23,836 nt of DNA from Verrucomicrobiales bacterium. GTDB lineage: Bacteria > Verrucomicrobiota > Verrucomicrobiia > Verrucomicrobiales > V1-33. Below are positions 18,801 to 23,836 of this stretch, in pieces. The DNA is taken from NCBI GenBank assembly GCA_031411295.1, contig JANOAV010000115.1, forward strand, positions 1-23,836. Reading direction: 5' to 3'. The position numbers and the translations under genes were made by a program. The notes under the pieces are model-generated. The model was given only the letters and a program-made list of their open reading frames with translations, had not been told where the DNA came from and made no database searches. The first letter of the stretch is position 1. The number at the start of each line of letters is the position of its first letter.

Positions 18801-18919
18801 GAGATTTGCTGGAGGTTGCCTGCGGGGTCGGATTGTATTGATGTCTGAGCTCGACTGGCACAAATCGAAAGAGCCAATATTGAGCAGAAACGGATTGTCC
18901 TTGTTAGGTCAAGGCGCAC
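12830..18919 (-). CDS. Giant secreted multidomain surface protein (Ig-like, DxDxDG Ca-binding, InlB-B-like, 12 tandem beta-sandwich repeats, verrucomicrobial-type C-terminal domain)
   Basis: ORF is open to 18991. GTG at 18919 gives a 24-aa signal peptide (MRLDLTRTIRFCSILALSICASRA|Q). Domain motifs: VVWKKGG...DEADYTVTV, DSDGDGLGDSWE, YPAGTRVTLQATP..GWQFREWSGD, the repeats, and DFDKDGLTNLVEFAFNLDP...SDDLSAW. Confidence 0.9.
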   Translation of the reverse strand: MRLDLTRTIRFCSILALSICASRAQTSIQSDPAGNLQQISAVIPATGVTVLPSRLVVKPGEAARFSAFWAKRVGDTVVWKKGGTSVAGQTGDAFSLTSAVAGDEADYTVTVTTPSGALNSTAVHLYIDSDGDGLGDSWETAQFGNLLKRGDEDSDTDGVTNAEEFEDGTNANSNTSRNYRLTLQAVNGRIIANPLSATGRYPAGTRVTLQATPAVGWQFREWSGDFSSFLPSLSLTMSAHRTLMANFYQPVALATAAAQGNLTWTTGGSVPWLGENEQATPEGTNLVHSGNISAGQESWIETTVAGPGTLSWWWRVSCDRSTSTSRTGDWLRCYVDGELVHSITGNGFDSEQRLIQTPWQPVARTLTGGSHTVRWVYQKDDIYDAGEDMGWVDKVGVTPAAPTPAADGIDTPGSINLTLSGADLWYRQTAVKHDGVDALQSPPIVDDEEAWLESTAVGPGVVNFWWKVSSSSSGAGDLMEFWLDGTRQQRIYGEQDWVSVQLYLTGTEHKLRWRYIKDSTTVAGADAAWLDEVSFTPSPTLGNALDNTALAFSTGGAAPWITDGTSAVARDGVDSARSGIIGNSQQSWVETTVAGPGTMSFWWSVSSYGGADFLNLLLDGTVQSAISGSPGWSQFALAVPSGSHTVRWSYSKDANYSNGNDAAYLDSVMWTPGATLGDAVDAISQNWSTTGDVPWVRQTATTKDGSDAAQAGPLTASNQTARMTSKFTGPGVLSFWWKSSCASTTNTSEGLRLLLDGVLTNRISGEQDWVQVTKAVPPGALAVSWEFVRPFSSAGTNSVWVDAVAFLPSSGVSLASALDSSGLTLTTGGVGMWSGFTSSLAHDAVDIAASPTLPNDSSSWVETTVNGPGTLNFWWRVSSETNGDYARFYVDGYKLSERSGEIGWQPYSSALSPGPHIIRWSYEKDANTIQGDDAAYLDEVTFTPSSTPPLADAIDNPAWSWHTSINGTWNRQTAVTHDGVDAAQAGAIGQNESTYIGGVVTGPGTLSFWWKIGSTTSDRLYFFQNSSSINSISGNVDWVQITQQVPVGQQFYWWRFEKYSSNAPASTTAWIDQVTFTPNANAGMAAALDISVASPFVTGGTSGVPIWASQTAVTHDGVDALKSPALANNQNSWYETTVSGPGILSFWYKLSSLSGNDNLEFYLENTDRYIYASGEVPWTKFERMISPGAHRIYWQYTKNSGTIGAGDGAWVDQISVTPLISLAAGVDTALPLTTGGTPWEGQPAATLSHDGIDRGASGLVSGGQESWMETTITGPGTLSYFWSISAYSGYDYLRLLVDGVEIAAITGSVGWQEMIRTLPSGTHTVRWNFQKGTSSSSGANQGYVDQIVFTPTALPPLADAVDQPVGNPVTASGVSAWARTTTTKHDGSDAAQSGVIGHSESSWFEMEFTGPGTITYWWKVSSQQYGDYLRCYVDDVDQQNYISGEVDWMQQAHYLAPGAHRCRWHYSKNSSTVAGSDAAWLDQVTFLSGVSLAAALDTTGVSWRIGGANPWLGFSNGNGTTDEAISGTTTLPSVSWVEATFTGPGTLSYNWKLSTSSSDYLRLSINADEWGYIRGTSAPVWETRKMTIPAGSHVVRWTHEKNYTSNPGEGLASLDQVSFTTAASPPLNDAVDEPAMLFLTGGNAPWDRQTTVKHDGLDAAQAGALLDSQVSWMFSYIDGPGLLTYWAKVSSEASGDYLRLYTDGSEFYYMSGEVDWRQIVVPVPEGRHSFEWNYRTDAGVLTGSNRGWVDQIHFTAYGNYPIANAMDTPGLTWSAGPAAMSAAGVETAVAHDVIDAVLMPSPSDGSNGWLETTIQGATLVKFWWRADVGRQVQFFVDGILTATISGNTNWAQVSTTVDASSHQLRWEVVRTSTSYPFSAVWLDELTGLTAPTTTTFQQWQTQFALSGVNAVPLADFDKDGLTNLVEFAFNLDPTKGRRAAGGGSTGRLPIAQMEGSGGDTRLVLEYLRRRGSDLVYTPQFSDDLSAWSPASGVPVVVDLGDGWELVRVPDSVTVTGRQHRSGRVKVTLP
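13260..18169 (-). repeat. 12 tandem diverged ~135-aa protein repeats
   Basis: Consensus LAxAxD...TGG..PW....HDG.DA..SG......SW.ETT..GPG.LSFWW.VSS...D.L...DG....ISG...W.......G.H..RW.Y.K......DA.W.D.V.FTP, counted 12 times. Confidence 0.92.
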
Positions 18920-18972
18920 AATTTGCTCAATTCCTGAAGTTAAAATAATTCTCATAGAAACAATTGTTGCAG

Positions 18973-21900
18973 CTATCGTCGACATGAGCACTCATCGTTA
19001 CTTTCCGCATCAACTCGGGATATAGCTGAATGGACAAGTCCATGGCCTTTACTATTCACAGCGGAGCCGCCCATAAACAGCGCTCCTACCCATCCTCGTC
19101 GCCATTTCCACTTACCTAAATAAAACGGCCCCAGCACATCTCTGGCTGCCACTGCGCCTCGGCGTCCGCTCATGTAGAAACGCCCATTGGTAAATTTGGT
19201 AATTCTGGAGAGGCGCGAGACGGAGTTAACAACAGAATAACCGCCCGCAAGAAGCCCAACAGCAAAGCCGGTGATTTGACCAGCATTATACGAAGCGGAA
19301 CATTTATCAAGGTTTTGGGCGAAGCCAGCCCATTGCGCTACGTTAGAAGCCTGTCCAAAGGTCAAGGAGTCGGCGACTCCGTAGAAGAAATTGGTCGCAC
19401 CGCCACGCGTAATCCAATCGCTGGTATCATCCAACCAATCGAGACCTAATGGATCATACCTATTAATTGGTCCATTCTCGGTATAAGCTAATAGATTTGA
19501 TCCCCCAAGTTCTCCGCTTGGATCCCTGCTAACCCACCGTCCCTGCCCGGCTGCATAAGCCCGATACGGAGCCAAGTGCAGCCCCGACCGCCCATGCCAG
19601 AAATGCCCCGTGAACGCAAAACTCGCCAGCGGAGTCGCGTTGGAGAAGCTCGGTTGGCCCCAGGCGTCATAGCTGATGCGTTCCTTGAGGGTTCCGGCGG
19701 TGTCCACTACTTCCCGAATACTTCCGAGATGGTCGAAGGTGTAAAGGTGGATGCCTGTCGGGCTGCCTGAAACGCCTTGGAAGCCTTGGGCATAGTAACG
19801 TTGCTGGACAGTTGTGCCTGCGGCATCCCGCCCCTCACAGATTTGCAGTCCGCACCAGAGATAGGTGACTGCTGAAGTAACCGTGCCGTTGGTTTTCTCC
19901 GTGATTTTCACCCGACGCCCGAGGCCGTCGTAAGCGAACTCCGTGCGGGCGGTGCCTTGATTGACGGCCGTGAGACGGTTCTCGGCATCCCATTCGTAGG
20001 TGGCGGGCGTTAGCGTGGTGCTGGCGTTTGTCAGCTCGTTCAGGGTGTTATAACTGAAATTGCTGGCTACGCTGTTGATCGTTTCCTTGGTCCGATTCGA
20101 GGCGGTATCGTATTCCCACGCGGAAGATTTCAGGGTGGTGGCTCCCTGCTTAACCACGGCGGCTGCGAGTTGGTCGGCACTATCATAACTCAACTCCCAA
20201 GTCTGGGCACTCGCGGTGTCATTCTGCTGAGTCCAGTTTTGAATGCGGCCTTCTGCATCGTAAGTGTAATCGAAGGTGGAAATGGGAGTCGTGCCACCGG
20301 GTTTGAGATTGCGAATGCGGGAGAGGCGACGGTCCTGCGCATTTCCCAGATAGGAAAACACCGTGCTCATTCCGGCGGAGTGGGAGACACTCGCTAGGCG
20401 GAAGGTATTCGGCACATAAGCGTAGGTGAAGGTGCCCAGAGGATTCGTCACGGAAGAGGGCCGACCCGCAGCATCGAAGACGGCCGTTTCCGCCGTGCCG
20501 TTGATGCTTCGATTCGTGGGCCGACCCAGCTTGTCATAGGTGTAGGTGATGGTGTCATTGCTCCAAGGCCCATCCACGCTGGCGAGTTGACCCGCACCTT
20601 GTGAAGCACCGCCAGTGATCGGGAGGTAGGAATAATTCGTGGTGCCGATCCCATCCGTCATGCTGGCGATGCGGTTGAAGAGGCTGTCATACGTGTAGTT
20701 CACGGTGGGCGTCGCAATCGGGGCATCAGGGTAGGAGACAGAGCGCAGGGTGTCATCCAGATAGTAACTGTATAAAGTGGTCTGGTTCTTCTCGTCGATG
20801 CGTTGGGCCAACCGACTCGTTTGCGGCTCATAGAGGTAATTGATTTTGGAGCCGTCGGCATATTCCTTGGCAGTTACCCGACCCTGCACGTCGTGAACCC
20901 AGCGGGTGGTGCGTCCCAGCGGATCGGTGAGACTTTTCATGTCCCCACATTTACACCAATCAAATGCCACCGACCGATTTGCCGGATCCGTCGTTTTTAC
21001 GAGCTGCCTCAAACCGTTGTATTCAAATGTGGTGATGCGCGCCAAGCGGTCGCGTCGGCTGACCCGATCCAAGCGATTGTAGGTAAAGGCTTCGTAAGTG
21101 GCGTCGGGATAGGTGATTTTCGTTACCCGATCAAAATCATCGTAATCATAGGTCAAAGCGTAGCCATCCGGCCCAGTCACGGTTCGGGGCCGCCCATTGG
21201 CATCGTAAGTAAAGCTGGTGGTATCCCCCGTGCCAGGCAATGGACCATCCACTCCGGTGAGGTAGCCGTTCGCATTGTAGGTAAAGCTAGTCACCTCATT
21301 GTTGGCATTGGTGACCGTCAAAGCTTGTCCCCGTGCATTGTAGGTCAGAGTGGTCACTTGCCCGGCCGCATCGGTAACGGTGAGTGGCAGATGCTGACTG
21401 TTATAGGTTATGGCGGTGAGCCGCTGAGATGCCCCACCAGTAGTTTGCCGGGCCTCCGTTAGATCCAAGCCATTGGCAGCGTAAGTAAAATCAGTGGACC
21501 GTCCCAGAGGATCAATCGTCCTAGTGGGGAGTCCATTCGCATTGTAAGCCATTTGCACAACCTGCGGACTTCCATCCGCCAGCACGCGGAGAATTTTTTC
21601 GGGGCGGGCTCCTTTTCCTGGGTAGTTGGGCAAGCTTCCTCCTGCGGTTTTTTGGGCACCTGAAGCCCCAGGGTAATTGAACCACACGCGATCCTCAAGC
21701 GGCTCCTTGATGGCCTCGATAATTGGCTGCACATTCCAGTTCGTATCGGTATACCAACGGTAATTGCGAGCTGCTTTCACATCTCCCGGAGCCGTGGCCA
21801 TCGCCACCTTACCCCAGTAGTAACTGTTGCGGAACTGAAGACGGGAATTCTCCGCGAAAAATGCCACTGGCTTCCCTGCCGCAAAGAAGGTGCGAGGCGG

Positions 21901-23697
21901 CGGGTTGCCTGTTTCGATAGCAGTGCCCGGATCGGCGTATTGCACCCGTTCTTTGTCGCCTCGGGTGTCAGTGACTTCGATGGTCCGGTCCCAAGCGCTG
22001 CTGCCCTGCGTCTTAGCGAACAAGGTATCGCCATAAGGCGTAGTGAGCTTCTCTACGAAATCACCGGCTGTGGAATAAACGAAGCTGGAAACGAGTCCGA
22101 TTACGTCAGTAATGCTGGTCAGTTGTCCGGCAGCGTTGTAGGCCAATGTTGCTTGGCGAGTGAATGGATCCCGGACTCTGGTGATTTTCAGCGAATCAGT
22201 GGGATGCTCGTAAAAGAGGGATGTTTGCTGTCCGATGGCATCTGTAACTGTCGTCAGGCGAAGCTGGGCATCGTAGGTAAAAGTGATGCCATTTCCCTGA
22301 GGATCAAACTGCTGCCGCAGATAGAGTTTCGTGGGATTTGCCGCATTGTTGGGCACGTCATAGACATCGCGTGAACCATCTGGGTGGAGGAGTTCATAAT
22401 TTGTGCTACTGATCCTTTTAGTGATAGTAAATTGGCGATCATGTGGGCCGAACTGCTGCGTTGCTGCGTTGTAGTAAACCACCCTAGTTCCTCCGCCCGG
22501 TGGGCGAATACGAGCAGCGCTGCCAGTGACTAATGTGCCCGTAGGAGGTTCAATCCAGGAAACCCAATTCACAGTCCAAAGCCGACCAACATTAGAGTGT
22601 GCAGGAGCTGCGGGAGATCCTGTATCCAACTCATTGTTGCTGACCATAAATCTTACTGACGGTCCAACGGGCGGATCGTAACCCACCGGGTTGTCCATTA
22701 GTCGGACGGCAGCCAGCTGAGGCAATAAAGTATAACCAGCCATCCCGGATGTGTTACATTGCCCACCCGTCGTGACGGGGGCGTCATTTGCTTCGTCCGT
22801 AGGACCTGTGGGATGGGTTCCGTCGCGCCCAAACAATCCAGCCCCCTGCGCCTCAGAAATGCCCGAAAAACCTGTCGGCATAGCCCCAGCGGCTACGACA
22901 AAATTTCCACTGCTCATCTGTTCGATGGCTTCGCGACTCACCCAACCGTTAAACTCCAACCCCTTGTCCTGTAAGAAATACTGTCCCTTGGCTTCATCAG
23001 CCTCCAGGACCGCACAGTAGTGTCCTTCCTTTGTATGCAAAACGGAAGGAACCGGAACCGGGGCCGCAGGATCTTGGCGACGCACCATCTGCGCAGGCCA
23101 ACCCAGCTGGCCAGCAAAAGTCTGAACCTCGCTCATGGGTAAGCCAGTTGCGATATAATCTGCCGTAATTTTATCCAGCCGAATCGGATCGAATTCCATT
23201 CCTGCATGATTCAGAATGGCATTTAATGCCCGAGGACCGCACATGACGTTCTGCGCTCCCGTATGAGCTATTAACCAGGATGCTTGGCGCGCCCGCAAGA
23301 GTCGTCCTTCCAGAGAGCCATGATAGGGGCGTCCTTCATTGTCGGCCAACAACTGTTGGAGTGCGGAGGCATCACCCTTGCCCATGGCAAGGTCTAAAAG
23401 GAGGGCCAATGCTTGATCTGCTACCAACAGGCTATTCACCTCGCGACGCTTGTTCAGCCCTTGCCACAGAGACTTGGCCGCTTCCCAACTATCAACGAAA
23501 TATCCCCGTGCAAAAAGACCTTTTGCCACCTCAAGCTGAAGTGTCGATTTCCAGCGCGAAGGGACGTTCCCCTCAACATATTTTTTGAGATGATCCCAAG
23601 CTTCATCGCGAGCGAGAGTGCGGTGCGCTCGCAGAAACGGCGCCAGAGCGGAATTCTGTTGCTCTCTCCCTCCAGCTTCCTCCGCATCCACCGGCAC
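18973..23697 (-). CDS. RHS/YD-repeat protein with N-terminal helical region, C39-like cysteine peptidase domain and 155-aa C-terminal cargo domain; probably 5'-truncated
   Basis: Many YDxxGRL/TDPxG repeats. Core end reads HFWHGRSGLHLAPYRAY...GRWVSRDPSG...NRYDPLGL. C39-like CGP (C153), GHY (H226) and LQD (D244). No signal peptide, and a probable IS end starts at 23700. Confidence 0.93.
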   Translation of the reverse strand: MPVDAEEAGGREQQNSALAPFLRAHRTLARDEAWDHLKKYVEGNVPSRWKSTLQLEVAKGLFARGYFVDSWEAAKSLWQGLNKRREVNSLLVADQALALLLDLAMGKGDASALQQLLADNEGRPYHGSLEGRLLRARQASWLIAHTGAQNVMCGPRALNAILNHAGMEFDPIRLDKITADYIATGLPMSEVQTFAGQLGWPAQMVRRQDPAAPVPVPSVLHTKEGHYCAVLEADEAKGQYFLQDKGLEFNGWVSREAIEQMSSGNFVVAAGAMPTGFSGISEAQGAGLFGRDGTHPTGPTDEANDAPVTTGGQCNTSGMAGYTLLPQLAAVRLMDNPVGYDPPVGPSVRFMVSNNELDTGSPAAPAHSNVGRLWTVNWVSWIEPPTGTLVTGSAARIRPPGGGTRVVYYNAATQQFGPHDRQFTITKRISSTNYELLHPDGSRDVYDVPNNAANPTKLYLRQQFDPQGNGITFTYDAQLRLTTVTDAIGQQTSLFYEHPTDSLKITRVRDPFTRQATLAYNAAGQLTSITDVIGLVSSFVYSTAGDFVEKLTTPYGDTLFAKTQGSSAWDRTIEVTDTRGDKERVQYADPGTAIETGNPPPRTFFAAGKPVAFFAENSRLQFRNSYYWGKVAMATAPGDVKAARNYRWYTDTNWNVQPIIEAIKEPLEDRVWFNYPGASGAQKTAGGSLPNYPGKGARPEKILRVLADGSPQVVQMAYNANGLPTRTIDPLGRSTDFTYAANGLDLTEARQTTGGASQRLTAITYNSQHLPLTVTDAAGQVTTLTYNARGQALTVTNANNEVTSFTYNANGYLTGVDGPLPGTGDTTSFTYDANGRPRTVTGPDGYALTYDYDDFDRVTKITYPDATYEAFTYNRLDRVSRRDRLARITTFEYNGLRQLVKTTDPANRSVAFDWCKCGDMKSLTDPLGRTTRWVHDVQGRVTAKEYADGSKINYLYEPQTSRLAQRIDEKNQTTLYSYYLDDTLRSVSYPDAPIATPTVNYTYDSLFNRIASMTDGIGTTNYSYLPITGGASQGAGQLASVDGPWSNDTITYTYDKLGRPTNRSINGTAETAVFDAAGRPSSVTNPLGTFTYAYVPNTFRLASVSHSAGMSTVFSYLGNAQDRRLSRIRNLKPGGTTPISTFDYTYDAEGRIQNWTQQNDTASAQTWELSYDSADQLAAAVVKQGATTLKSSAWEYDTASNRTKETINSVASNFSYNTLNELTNASTTLTPATYEWDAENRLTAVNQGTARTEFAYDGLGRRVKITEKTNGTVTSAVTYLWCGLQICEGRDAAGTTVQQRYYAQGFQGVSGSPTGIHLYTFDHLGSIREVVDTAGTLKERISYDAWGQPSFSNATPLASFAFTGHFWHGRSGLHLAPYRAYAAGQGRWVSRDPSGELGGSNLLAYTENGPINRYDPLGLDWLDDTSDWITRGGATNFFYGVADSLTFGQASNVAQWAGFAQNLDKCSASYNAGQITGFAVGLLAGGYSVVNSVSRLSRITKFTNGRFYMSGRRGAVAARDVLGPFYLGKWKWRRGWVGALFMGGSAVNSKGHGLVHSAISRVDAESNDECSCRR

Positions 23698-23699
23698 TA

Positions 23700-23836
23700 G
23701 TGCTTACTTGCAATAGTTAACAAATGTGAAATAAGTGGGGATGAGCCGCTCCATCAAACCGCTGAATTTAACGAACGACGAAAAGGTCACCATTGAAGCC
23801 CTAATCCGCAGTCCGCAAAGCACGCAGGGACAGGTC
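23700..23836 (+). mobile_element. Left end of an IS630-family insertion sequence (runs out of the window)
   Basis: Begins after TA in C-TA-G (23697-23700), the typical IS630 target. An AT-rich ~40-nt end is followed by a transposase-like ORF. The right end and the TA duplication are not visible. Confidence 0.65.
23741..23836 (+). CDS. IS630-family transposase, N-terminal fragment (partial)
   Basis: MSRSIKPLNLTNDEKVTIEALIRSPQSTQGQV resembles the IS630 N-terminus (M.R...PL.LT.EE...L..L.RS....Q..V.RA). Only 32 codons are visible and it is not in the ORF track. Confidence 0.68.
   Translation, partial: MSRSIKPLNLTNDEKVTIEALIRSPQSTQGQV

Noticed and set aside
10217..22374. Many 100-224-aa plus-strand ORFs within the minus-strand cluster, as candidate immunity genes
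   Set aside because: All lie antisense within well-supported genes and lack recognisable motifs. None sits in the expected position after the RHS stop.
23704..23754. In-frame upstream ATG (MERLIPTYFTFVNYCK*) suggesting read-through into the RHS gene
   Set aside because: Not signal-peptide-like and better explained as the antisense of the IS end and transposase start.

Overview
Bacterial window, probably from a member of Verrucomicrobiota/PVC. This is inferred from a PEP-CTERM protein, a PVC-type secreted beta-propeller and a verrucomicrobial-style C-terminal domain on a giant surface protein. It has three parts. (1) 1-1030 is a small decayed islet bracketed by two identical 44-bp terminator repeats. 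It holds a probably frameshifted antitoxin-like gene, a 5'-truncated PIN toxin gene and an internally deleted remnant of the groEL 3' end. (2) 1182-9431 is housekeeping: metG, a PQQ-like propeller, a Tat-signal Mn-type SOD, a PEP-CTERM protein, a phosphohexomutase and lnt. (3) 9428-23697 is a tightly packed five-gene minus-strand cluster and the most interesting part. It encodes an RHS/YD protein with an N-terminal C39-like cysteine peptidase and a leader-like motif, a ~2030-aa secreted protein (one YD-like strand, Ig, Ca-binding and InlB-like domains, 12 tandem ~135-aa repeats) and an atypical Fe3+/thiamine-class ABC importer. No immunity gene follows the RHS gene. The RHS 5' end appears cut by an IS630-family element inserted at a CTAG site at the right edge of the window. 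All family calls come from reading motifs by eye; no searches were run.
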